A program made the position numbers and the translations under genes. Below, in pieces: positions 49,785 to 59,137 of a DNA stretch of 64,000 nt. The DNA comes from a virus: IMG/VR virus record IMGVR_UViG_3300045978_000284, positions 44,432-108,431 of that record; one strand, 5' to 3'. The first letter of the stretch is position 1; each line of letters begins with the position of its first letter. The notes below the pieces were generated by a model. It had not been told where the DNA came from and searched no databases. It worked only from the letters and a program-made list of their open reading frames with translations.

Positions 49785-50969
49785 ATGATCCTCAAGAGCA
49801 TTGAGCTGGGCTACACGGCCGGGACCTCGGACAAGGTCTACCACCTGCGCCTCGAACAGGAGGGCGTCGAGTACGCCGTCAACGCGCTGTGGGGCCGCCG
49901 CGGATCGCTGCTGCGCGTCACGCCCAAGTACTCGGGTCGGGACGGCGACGTCGCCCGGGCCATGTGGGACCGGGTCCGCAACGAGAAGCTGTCCGAAGGC
50001 TATGTCGTCGAGCGTGATGACGCCGCGCCGGGCCCGTCCGCAGCGGTGGCCGTAGAAGGCCACCATCGGGTGGCAGCCCGGGCCATGCCTGCCGCCCACG
50101 CCAAGGCCGAGCTCGAGGAGAACGACACGCGGATGCTGATCGAGGGACGTGTTCTCCCCTGGCTCCCGTCGGACGTCGAGCCGTCCCAGCTGGAGCAGCT
50201 GATCGTCGATCCGGCCTGGATGCTCCAGGAGAAGGTCGATGGGATTCACCTGATCCTGGACGTCCGCAACCACGTGGTGACGGCCACCAACAAGAAGGGG
50301 ATGCCCTACGCCATCCCGGAGGTCCTCGGCCGCCACGTCATCACCACCATGCCGGACGGGCTGTGGGACGGCGAGTGGCTCGCCAGGCCCCAGCAGTTCG
50401 TCGTGTTCGACCTACTGCGCGGGCCCGCCGGTGATCTGCGGGGTGAACCCTGCGAGGAGCGCTGGCGCTCCCTGACCAACCTGCTCATCAAGGCGCCGGC
50501 GTGCCTGGGTCCGCGCGTCTCCATCGTGTCCAGCCCCGGGCGCCTGGAGAAACACAAGCGCGGCTTCCTGGCCGAGCTGCACCGCCAGGCCGCGGAGGGC
50601 GCCATCTTCAAGCGCGCGCTGGCGCCCTACCGTCCTGGCGCCGCGGGCGACATGCTCCGTCTCAAGTTCCGGAAGCGAGCCGACGTCATCCTCCAGCTGC
50701 GGACGGGCGACACCAAGGCGAGCGCCGAGATGTTCGTCATGCACGAGGGCAAGCCGTTCCACGTCGGGACGGTCGCGGCCCGCACGTTCTTCCGGCGCTT
50801 GCAGGTCGGATCGGTCCACGTGGCCGAGGTGGAGTACCTGAGCGCCAGCGATAGCTACGCCTTGGCCCAGGTCGTGATCCTGCGGCTGCGCACCGACAAG
50901 GCGCCCGAACAGTGCACGCGCGACCAGATCGTGATCGGCAAGCGCTACCGGACCGCGGGTGGCCAATGA
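49785..50969 (+). CDS. WGR-domain ATP-dependent DNA ligase
   Basis: N-terminal 'SDKVY...WGRRG...KLSEGY' WGR domain; ligase motifs QEKVDG, WDGE, VFDLL, EGAIFK, LKF. Confidence 0.85.
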   Translation: MILKSIELGYTAGTSDKVYHLRLEQEGVEYAVNALWGRRGSLLRVTPKYSGRDGDVARAMWDRVRNEKLSEGYVVERDDAAPGPSAAVAVEGHHRVAARAMPAAHAKAELEENDTRMLIEGRVLPWLPSDVEPSQLEQLIVDPAWMLQEKVDGIHLILDVRNHVVTATNKKGMPYAIPEVLGRHVITTMPDGLWDGEWLARPQQFVVFDLLRGPAGDLRGEPCEERWRSLTNLLIKAPACLGPRVSIVSSPGRLEKHKRGFLAELHRQAAEGAIFKRALAPYRPGAAGDMLRLKFRKRADVILQLRTGDTKASAEMFVMHEGKPFHVGTVAARTFFRRLQVGSVHVAEVEYLSASDSYALAQVVILRLRTDKAPEQCTRDQIVIGKRYRTAGGQ

Positions 50970-51689
50970 GCAGCGTCGCCGCGTGGACGCGCCTCTACAC
51001 GGTGGGCCTCTATTCCATGTATGGCCCGATCAAGCCGCAGTACGCGGCGCGCCTTGCGCGGCTCCTGGAGCGGCCATCGGACGAGACCTGGGACGCCTGC
51101 CACGGCATCATCGTCTCCCGCCAGTCAGCCCTCCGCGTCGAAGGCTGTCGACCGACGCCGAGCACCATCTGGCAATGGGTGCTGTTCGTCGATCCGACCT
51201 TCACGCGGTTCGGACCGACGACGGTGGGGAACAAGCCCCGCCCCCCATGGCCACAGGTGCCGGACGAAGCCATGCTCCGCGAGGCGCTGCGGTGCGCGCA
51301 GGAATACAACCGGGCGGCGAATGCGGGCGCGTCCGGCGTTCTCAGGCTGGACTCGTTCTCGATCACGAGTGGACAGCCACGTCGTCCCCGCTCGACAGGG
51401 GCTCAATGAGCCGTCGCAGGCGGGTGCCAGGCACGCCCTACGAGCTTCTGCGAAAGGGGGTCTGCGAGTGCTGCAACGTCACGTCGGTGACGGCTCAGAT
51501 CTGGGAGCGCAAGGGGGTGCAGCGCTGCCAGGCCTGTCGGCACCACGTCTCCCGATGCCGCCCGGGGCCGCCGCTCGTTCTGGAACCGACGCCACGGCAG
51601 CTGGCGCTCGACGACGACATTCGTGACGCGCTGGACCAAGGAGGAGACTGATGTTCGACTGTTCCTCCCACCGGCGCTGGAGGATAACC

Positions 51690-52529
51690 ATGGGAGCTGA
51701 GACAGCCATCTCCTGGGCGCACGCGACGTTCAACCCCTGGTGGGGCTGCGTCGAGGTCTCCCCGGAGTGCGATGCCTGCTATGCCCGCTCCTGGGCGCGC
51801 CGCACCGGGCACGACGTGTGGGGGGCCAAGTCGCCGCGGCGGATGTTCAGCGACAACCATTGGCGCGAACCGGTGCGGTGGAACGCCAAGGCGCGGTCGG
51901 AGGGCCAGCGCCGGCGCGTGTTCTGCGCCTCGATGGCCGACATCGGCGAGCGCCGCACGGGGTCCGTGGGGCGCGCCCTCGACGATGCGCGCGCCCGGTT
52001 GTGGGATCTGATCGACGCCACGCCGGCGCTCGACTGGCTCCTGCTGACCAAGCGACCGGACCTGTACCAGCGGATGCCGATGGACATCCTGAATCTCCCG
52101 AACGTATGGCCCGGGGTCACGTGCGGCGTCGAGTCGTCCCTCTGGCGCGTGGCCGAGCTGCTGCGCGTCACCGCGACCGGCCCCAAGTGGATCTCGGCGG
52201 AGCCCCTGCTCTCGCACCTGGACCTTCGGCGGGTCCCCTGGGGCCGCCGCGAGCCCGGTGCCGGCCATGCCGCCGAGTACGTGGACGCCCTCTGGGGGCA
52301 CATCGACAACATCAAGTGGGTGGTGGTCGGCTGCGAAAGCTCTCCCGGCGGCCGCCCGGGCCGGCCCCTCGATCTCTGCTGGGTCCGTGGCCTGCGCGAC
52401 CAGTGCCGATCGGCCGGCCTGGCGTTCTACCTGAAGCAGCTCGCCGTCGATGGCCGTCTCGTCATCACCCCGACGCTCGACGGCCGTAGCTGGACGGAGT
52501 TTCCCGGGACGGGGAGGAGGAGCCAATGA
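51690..52529 (+). CDS. DUF5131 (phage Gp37/Gp68) radical-SAM-like protein
   Basis: 'FNPWWGCVEVSPECDACYA...VFCASMAD...LLTKRP...SAEPLL...WVVVGCES...FYLKQ'. Confidence 0.88.
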   Translation: MGAETAISWAHATFNPWWGCVEVSPECDACYARSWARRTGHDVWGAKSPRRMFSDNHWREPVRWNAKARSEGQRRRVFCASMADIGERRTGSVGRALDDARARLWDLIDATPALDWLLLTKRPDLYQRMPMDILNLPNVWPGVTCGVESSLWRVAELLRVTATGPKWISAEPLLSHLDLRRVPWGRREPGAGHAAEYVDALWGHIDNIKWVVVGCESSPGGRPGRPLDLCWVRGLRDQCRSAGLAFYLKQLAVDGRLVITPTLDGRSWTEFPGTGRRSQ

Positions 52530-52748
52530 CAGACAGTGAAGCGATGCTCGCCATCCAGGAGCTACTCGATGGTGTTGCGTGGACGGCCGATCTCGGGCCA
52601 GAGATTGCCGCGATCATGGTCCAGGCCGGCTACCGCATCAGGGACCGGGACGACCGGGATGACCCCGTGATCCCCCAGGCGTGCCCGGCGACGCTCTCGG
52701 ACGGCTCGCGCCTCTCGTCGAAGGGGGCGCTCAAGCGGAGCAGGGCCA

Positions 52749-53540
52749 ATGGTCGCACGTGACCCGGTCGACCTGGACCGCTACGCGCTCATCCTGGTCA
52801 ACACCTCGGGCGGGAAGGACTCGGCGCTGACCGCCTGGTACGTCACCCAGCTGGCCGAGGCCTTCGGGGTCAAGCATCGCGTGCTGGCCGTCCACGCGAC
52901 GTTCCGGGAGGAGTGGCCTGGGACGGTCGAGCTGGTGCGCCGCCAGTGCGCGGCCCTCGAGATCCCCGTGGAGATCGTCTCCCGCGGGGAGGGCCTGCTC
53001 GACTACGTGCGCCGCCGCGGCCGCTGGCCATCGAGCCAGCAGCGCTACTGCACGTCGGACTTCAAGCGGGCGCCCATCGACAAGGTCATTACCCGCGTCG
53101 GGCGCCGAGCTGGCCTGTGGCGGTACACCCGCGTCCTCAACGTTATGGGTCTGCGGGCGTCCGAGTCGCCGGCCCGGGCCAAGCGCCAGCCGTTCGAGAT
53201 CGACCGCCGGCGCTCGAACAGCCGCCGCCGCGTCGAGACGTGGCTCCCGATCTTCCGGCTGTCGACCAGCCAGGTGTGGGCGCTGATCAGGCAGCACGGT
53301 CTCGAAATGCACCCGGCGTACACGGCAGGCATGCCCAGACTGAGCTGCCGCTTCTGCATCTTCTCGCCGCGCGAGGCGCTGCTCCGGGCCGGCGCGATGA
53401 ACCCGGAGCTGCTCGAGGAGTACGTGACGGTCGAACGCGAGACCGGCCATTCGTTCCGCGCCGATCTCAGGCTCGCGGACATCCAGGCGGCCCTCGCCCG
53501 CGGTGTCCGCGCAACGTCCATTCAAGACTGGAGGATGTGA
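52749..53540 (+). CDS. PAPS reductase / PP-loop family protein
   Basis: SGGKDS PP-loop; 'RYCT..FK..PI', 'GLRASES..R', 'HPAY..G..RLSC.FC'. Confidence 0.88.
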   Translation: MVARDPVDLDRYALILVNTSGGKDSALTAWYVTQLAEAFGVKHRVLAVHATFREEWPGTVELVRRQCAALEIPVEIVSRGEGLLDYVRRRGRWPSSQQRYCTSDFKRAPIDKVITRVGRRAGLWRYTRVLNVMGLRASESPARAKRQPFEIDRRRSNSRRRVETWLPIFRLSTSQVWALIRQHGLEMHPAYTAGMPRLSCRFCIFSPREALLRAGAMNPELLEEYVTVERETGHSFRADLRLADIQAALARGVRATSIQDWRM

Positions 53541-53934
53541 ATGGCGCAGAACCACGAGGCATACCGAAAAGCCCTCCACCGATGGAAGCTGCTGGAGACC
53601 CAGTACGACGACGCCATCGAGAAGCTGGAGCCGCTGCGCCGCCGAGCCGCTGCGGCCCTGGAAGAGGTCCGACGTCTCCGCCCGACCATCGGCCAGATCG
53701 CCGAGGAGGCCGCCCATGCCCAAAGGTGACCGGCGGATCGCCTCCTACCTGAAGGCTAACCGCCAGCTGCAGCGGTTGAAGCTCAGGTACGACACCGCGA
53801 TGGAGAAGCTGGAGCCGCTCCGCCGGAAGGTCATCCTCGCGGAGAAGGAGGCCAAGCGTCGCTGGGAGCGCCTGAGCGGCGGAGAGATGGCTCGCGCGGA
53901 GCGCGTGAAGAGAGCGGAGGAGGCCACTCGATGA
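53541..53934 (+). CDS. Two tandem paralogous coiled-coil mini-proteins (53541-53729, 53716-53934)
   Basis: YDDAIEKLEPLRRR vs YDTAMEKLEPLRRK. Confidence 0.6.
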
Positions 53935-54212
53935 AGGACTGGATCCGCGATCTGTGGTCCCGCCTCTCCATGACGGTCACGGTGGAGCGCGGTCGGGTCC
54001 TGATCTCCCTGCCGCCGCCGCGCCCTCGTCGCAAGCCACCGGCCCGCCGCGCCCTCAAGGCCCGCGCCCGGCGTGAGCCATGAAGTCCCGCGAGGTCCAG
54101 AAGAGGCTCGGCCTGACCAAAACCCAGGTCCTCCACTGGTCCCGGGAGTGCCTCATCGTGGTGAATCTCTCGGTCATCCGTCGCGTCGCCGGTGATCCTG
54201 ACGAGCAGGCGA

Positions 54213-54225
54213 TGATACACTATCA
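54213..54225. promoter_or_regulatory. Palindromic operator-like site before HTH gene
   Basis: TGATA-CAC-TATCA. Confidence 0.6.
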
Positions 54226-54241
54226 ATGAGGAGGATATACC

Positions 54242-54502
54242 ATGACCGCGACCCGACGAAGGAAGCGTGCTGGCGGCTCCAAGACCAGCTGGCGCTTCAA
54301 CCACGATCTGATCAAGACCCGCCGCGAGGAGCTGGGGCTCACCGTGACGGCATTCGGCCGGCTCTTTACCCCGCCCATGGGCGGGGCCCAGATCCGCGAC
54401 CTGGAGGAAGGCAAGCGCGATCTCATGGTCGGCACACTCCTGCGGATGGCGTCCTTCCTGGACATCAAGCCCGGCGACTTCTTCGCGGAGCAGGAGCCAT
54501 GA
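54242..54502 (+). CDS. XRE/Cro-like HTH regulator
   Basis: 'IKTRREELGLT...IRDLEEGKR...LLRMASFLDI...FF'. Confidence 0.8.
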   Translation: MTATRRRKRAGGSKTSWRFNHDLIKTRREELGLTVTAFGRLFTPPMGGAQIRDLEEGKRDLMVGTLLRMASFLDIKPGDFFAEQEP

Positions 54503-54728
54503 CCATCAGGATCATGGTTCAGGACGGCGACGGCTATGTGAACGCCGGCACCATGAGCGACGACGGCGGGAAACTCGTCACTGTCCCGTCATCGGAGAAG
54601 TGGAAGAGTCTCCTGGAGCGGGTGTCGACCAGGCCGATCGGTTCCGCGCAGTCGACCGATCCGGAGTTCGTCGAGGCGGCGCTCAGATACTACCAGGGGC
54701 AAGCCCTCTGGGCGGAGGAGGTGAAGCC

Positions 54729-55808
54729 ATGACGCAAGCGCTGGCCACGATCCCGGTGCTGACCGGCATCCCGGATGTCCGGGCCCTGTTGACCCGCAAC
54801 CAGCAGTCCATCGCGTCGAGCCTCTCGAAAGCGATGCGGCCCGATCGCTTCATTCGGGTGGTGACGAACGCGGTGATGCGGAATCCGGAGCTCCTGGGGT
54901 GCACGGCCCGCTCGTTTTACGGCGCCGTACTCCAGTGTGCCCAGCTATCCCTGGAGCCCGATGGGCTCACGGCGCGCGCCTACCTGATCCCGCGCGTGAA
55001 CCGGCAGAAGAAGGGCGAGCCCAAAGAGGTCAACTTCCAGATCGGCTATCAGGGTCTGATCGACCTGGTGCGCCGCTCGCGCCAGGTCCTCACGATCGAG
55101 GCGCGGGAGGTGTACGACGGCGACGTGTTCGACTTCCGCTACGGGTCGAAGCGCTTCCTCTCGCATCGCCCGATGGGCACCAGCACCAAGATCGTGGCGG
55201 TCTACGCCCTGGCCACTCTTGTGGGCGGCGTCACGCAATTCGAGGTCATGACCTACGACCAGGTCGAGGCCCATCGCCTCAAGTACTCCACCAACGAGAA
55301 GGCATGGAAGGTCAGCTGGCGCGGGATGGGTCTCAAGACGGCGGCCATACGCCTGTGCAAGTTCCTCCCGCAAAGCGTGGAATTGGCGACGGCCATCGCG
55401 CTCGACGAGCGGGACGAGCTGGGTCTCTCGCAGAACCTGGAGGCGAACATCCCGGGCGCCGAGGAGCCCTTCGACGCTGACAGCGAGCTGCCGCCATTGA
55501 CGGACGAGCAGAAGGGCAAGCTTGACAGCCTCAACTCCATGCTCGCTCAGGCCGGAAAGGGTCTGAACCGCGGCCAGCTTGATGATCTCCTGGGGCGCCT
55601 GGGCTACGATGGCGCGGCGGAGGAGCTGGACGATCGTGTCCGCGAGCTGCGCGCCTCACTGGAGAAGGGCGACAAGCCGGACAAGGCCGAGAAGGGGCGG
55701 CGTCGTCAGGCCGAGCCCGAGTCCAAGACGGAGGCGAAGGTCGAGCCGAAGGCCGAGTCCAAGCCCGAACCGAAGGGCGATCCGCCGGCGACCTTGTTCA
55801 CGCTGTGA
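54729..55808 (+). CDS. recT: RecT family single-strand annealing protein
   Basis: 'PDRFIR...CAQLSLEP...AYLIP...FQIGYQGLIDLVRRS...MGLKTAAIRLCKFLP'. Confidence 0.92.
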   Translation: MTQALATIPVLTGIPDVRALLTRNQQSIASSLSKAMRPDRFIRVVTNAVMRNPELLGCTARSFYGAVLQCAQLSLEPDGLTARAYLIPRVNRQKKGEPKEVNFQIGYQGLIDLVRRSRQVLTIEAREVYDGDVFDFRYGSKRFLSHRPMGTSTKIVAVYALATLVGGVTQFEVMTYDQVEAHRLKYSTNEKAWKVSWRGMGLKTAAIRLCKFLPQSVELATAIALDERDELGLSQNLEANIPGAEEPFDADSELPPLTDEQKGKLDSLNSMLAQAGKGLNRGQLDDLLGRLGYDGAAEELDDRVRELRASLEKGDKPDKAEKGRRRQAEPESKTEAKVEPKAESKPEPKGDPPATLFTL

Positions 55809-55988
55809 GAATCGCGCTGCGTGAGCTGGTGCAGCGGGCCCAGGACGTGAGCGACATGCTCGCCGACCGCAACGGGACCACCGAGCACGATCTGGACGGC
55901 GCGCTGCACTGGCTGGACGTCGCTCTCACCGCTGCCAGAAAGGCGCTCGAAAAGCCGATCACGCCCGAGGAGATCCTGGAGGCTCTCG

Positions 55989-57212
55989 ATGAGACCCGAC
56001 TTCGACGATGACGATGAGGAGCTGGACGAGGAGGAGCCCGAGGTCGACGCGATCGACGATGACGTTACGGGGCCGGCCATGGCCTACTCGGCGTCACGCC
56101 TGGAGACGCTCCGGTGCCTCTTCCGCTTCCGCGCGCGATACCTGCTCCATCTGCCGGAGGTGCAGACGCCGGAAGCCCGGTTCGGCAGCTTCATTCACCG
56201 CGTGACGGATCGCTATGTGAGGCTGTGCTGTCGCGCCGGCGTCGACGCGGATCCTCACCTGGCTGTGCAGGCTCTCGAAACGGAGTGGGCGCTGCCGCGG
56301 ACGGGCGAGCCCGTTGTGGACCCGGAGCTGTACGACGAGGCGCTCGCGGGCATGCAGCGCTTCGCCGAGCGCTACCGGCTCCGCTACAACAACGTGCTCG
56401 ACAGCGAGATGTCGCTGTCCATGGACGCGAGCTGGAAGCCCGTGGCCTGGGACGCGCCCACCGTCCGAGTCAGGGGTAGGGTTGACCTGCTGGAGGTGAG
56501 TGGTAGGTCCGCGATAGTTTCAGATTGGAAAACCCAGCGCCAGATCCCCTCGCAGGCGGCGGTGGAGCGGATGATCTCGCCCCGGATGTACGCCGCCCTG
56601 GTCTCCGCGCACAATCCGGGCATCACGCAGATCACCGTCGAGTTCTGGTTCTGGCGACACGGTGTCGCGCGCCGGGTCAGCTTCTCGCTCCCCGAGCTGG
56701 ACGAGGCCAAGCGATTCGTGGAGCGTCAGGCCCAGCGCGCCGACCAGCTGATCGCCAACAGCCAGGACGCCTCGGCCTTCCCGGCCACGCCCTCGACGGC
56801 GTGCGTACATTGTTCTTATCAAACCGTGTGCCCGGCTAAAGATCAACTGTCCGCGGTCTCGCTCTCCACGCTCGATGAGGCCGAGGCGGGGGCCCGCCGT
56901 CTGATCTATCGTCGGATCGCCCAGGCCGGCGAGCGCGCCAGGCTCAAGGAGTGGGTTGCCGCGGCCGGGCCGATCCATGTGGACGACCAGGTCCTGGACT
57001 TCCACCGCGTGACGCAGCCGAGCTACGACATGGCGGCCATCGAGGCAGCGTGCCGCCGCCATGGGATACCTCTTCGTGAATTGGTCCGCCCCGACCGGCG
57101 CCTGATCGAGCAGCTGAGCCGGGCGTATCCGGCCTGGGGCGACGAGATCCGACAGGCCACCACCGACGTCGGAGCGACGCGCTTCGGCTTCCAGAAAGAG
57201 GATGCTCAATGA
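55989..57212 (+). CDS. PD-(D/E)XK RecB/Cas4-like exonuclease
   Basis: 'YSASRL..C...FGSFIH...E...GRVD...DWKT...Y...CVHCSYQTVC'. Confidence 0.85.
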   Translation: MRPDFDDDDEELDEEEPEVDAIDDDVTGPAMAYSASRLETLRCLFRFRARYLLHLPEVQTPEARFGSFIHRVTDRYVRLCCRAGVDADPHLAVQALETEWALPRTGEPVVDPELYDEALAGMQRFAERYRLRYNNVLDSEMSLSMDASWKPVAWDAPTVRVRGRVDLLEVSGRSAIVSDWKTQRQIPSQAAVERMISPRMYAALVSAHNPGITQITVEFWFWRHGVARRVSFSLPELDEAKRFVERQAQRADQLIANSQDASAFPATPSTACVHCSYQTVCPAKDQLSAVSLSTLDEAEAGARRLIYRRIAQAGERARLKEWVAAAGPIHVDDQVLDFHRVTQPSYDMAAIEAACRRHGIPLRELVRPDRRLIEQLSRAYPAWGDEIRQATTDVGATRFGFQKEDAQ

Positions 57213-59077
57213 GACTGCAGGCGCTCCGTATCACCAATGTCGCCCACTACGACGACGTGATCTGGCGTCTGGCCGGCGAGCCCATCGTCCTGCTCTATGG
57301 CGCGAACTGGGGCGGTAAGAGCGTGGTGGCCGACTCGATCCAGTGGCTCCTGTCGGCCACGGTCCCGGGCCTGCCGGCCCGGATCGAGCAGCACACCCCG
57401 CTCATCCGCCCGGCGGCAGACACCATGACGGTCGAGGCCTCGTGGGTCGACCGACACGGCGAGATCGTGCGGATGCGGCGGAACCTCGGGCCCCAGGGGC
57501 ACGGGTACATGGGGCACTCGCTGCCGGAGGATCTGCGAGTCCCGGTCTCCTTTCTCTGCCATGGAGAATCTCTCGTGGCCAAAGACGCCACGATCCAGCG
57601 GGAGATCCTGTTTGCGGCGGCGGACCCCCGCATTCGCCTGGAGGACCTCGTGAAGGTGCTGCCGCTCACCGAGCTGCCGGAGAGCAAGCGCCCGCCATCG
57701 ACCGACCCGGACTTCGCGTTGAACCGGGCCCAGGTCGAGTCGATCTACCAGTGGGCCTATGACACCCGTCGCGACGTCCGGCGTGACCTGAACGCCGTGC
57801 GCCCGGTGGAGCCCGTGTCGTGGGGTCCGGGCGGTCGTCCCGATCTGGCCAAGCTGAGCAAGGACCTCGAAACGCAGAAGGCGCGCCATACCGAGCTGAC
57901 GCTGCAAGAGGGCCAGCAGGGCGGCGCCATGGTCGAGAAGGCGCGCCAGTACGGCGAGATCGCCAAGGAGCTGTCGGAACTCGACGGGAAACTCGACGGG
58001 GCGCCCACCGACGATGCGACCCTGGAGGAGATCGCCGCGGATGGCCGCCGCGCCGCGGCCTCCCGTGCCGAGCAGGAGGCGTGGGCCAAGGAGTACGGAG
58101 CCTGGGAGCGCCATCGACGGGAGCGCGAGGGCCTGCTCGCTGGCCTGCGGGCGAGCTACGCCATGCTCCAGAACGCCGAGGCGTGCCCGACGTGCCTGCA
58201 GAAGTTCCCCTCGGCGCAGGAGCGCTCGGTCGTACTCCTGAATATCTCCAAGCGGATGGCCGAGCTGGAGGAGGATGCGCCCGGGGAGGCGCCCCCGCAG
58301 CCGGCGGTCTACGAGCCCCGGACCGCGAAGCTGGAGGCCGAGCTGACCGCCCGACGGGCTCAGACGGCCCGTCGAGCCAAGCTGCTGTCCGAGGCCGAGA
58401 CCCTCCGTGCCCAGGGGGTCAAGCCGTCCGCGGCGGCCCAGCCCGTGTCATCCGCCGCCGCGGCGCGCACCAAGGCCCTCACCGAGCTCGAGGCCAAGGT
58501 CACCGCGGCGCGCGATGCGCTCGGCCGGGAGAGTGCCTACCAGGAGTCGATCCTGGCTCGCGACCGGCTCAGCCGGCGCCTCGAAGCGCTCCAGGCCGCC
58601 TGCGAGTTCCTCGCGCCGAAGGGGGGTGCCCTGGACCAGGCGCTGGGGCGCGCCATGGACGGCATCCTCTCGGACGCCAACGAGCTGCTCCAGGGCTGGG
58701 GCATGTCGCTCCGGCTGCAGGAGGACCCGTTCGGCCTCTACCTGCGAGACCATGACGTCAACCTGCCGCTGACCCGGGCGTCGTCGTCCCAGCAGTGGCT
58801 CATCAGCGCCGTCCTGGCCATCGCCATCGCCGTGCCGCTGGGATGGCGTACCATCGTGCTCGACGGCGCGGACATTCTGCGAGGCCCAGAGAACAAGTCG
58901 AGGCTCCCGTCCCTCCTCTCCGAGGCCGCGCGCCGGGAGCTCATGCTCATCGTGACCACCGCCGATCCGCCCCCGACCGAGATCGCGCGTGTCGCCGGGG
59001 TGGAGCGCTGGCAGATCGTCGCGGGAGAGCGCGGGCCAGCCTTCGTGCCGATCGACCGAGAGAAGGAGGTGCCATAG
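57209..59077 (+). CDS. Rad50/SbcC-like SMC ATPase
   Basis: Walker A GANWGGKS, coiled coil with CPTC zinc hook, signature-like ASSSQ, Walker B IVLDG. Confidence 0.8.
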   Translation: MRLQALRITNVAHYDDVIWRLAGEPIVLLYGANWGGKSVVADSIQWLLSATVPGLPARIEQHTPLIRPAADTMTVEASWVDRHGEIVRMRRNLGPQGHGYMGHSLPEDLRVPVSFLCHGESLVAKDATIQREILFAAADPRIRLEDLVKVLPLTELPESKRPPSTDPDFALNRAQVESIYQWAYDTRRDVRRDLNAVRPVEPVSWGPGGRPDLAKLSKDLETQKARHTELTLQEGQQGGAMVEKARQYGEIAKELSELDGKLDGAPTDDATLEEIAADGRRAAASRAEQEAWAKEYGAWERHRREREGLLAGLRASYAMLQNAEACPTCLQKFPSAQERSVVLLNISKRMAELEEDAPGEAPPQPAVYEPRTAKLEAELTARRAQTARRAKLLSEAETLRAQGVKPSAAAQPVSSAAAARTKALTELEAKVTAARDALGRESAYQESILARDRLSRRLEALQAACEFLAPKGGALDQALGRAMDGILSDANELLQGWGMSLRLQEDPFGLYLRDHDVNLPLTRASSSQQWLISAVLAIAIAVPLGWRTIVLDGADILRGPENKSRLPSLLSEAARRELMLIVTTADPPPTEIARVAGVERWQIVAGERGPAFVPIDREKEVP

Positions 59078-59137
59078 AGGCTGTAACGCGCGCTGTGCCT
59101 GGACTCCGGTCCCCCGTCACACAGGAGGAGATACCGT

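Noticed and set aside
52749-53540. Auxiliary sulfur-assimilation gene (cysH)
   Set aside because: No other cys genes and no C-terminal ECGLH motif; context favours the phage DNA-associated subfamily
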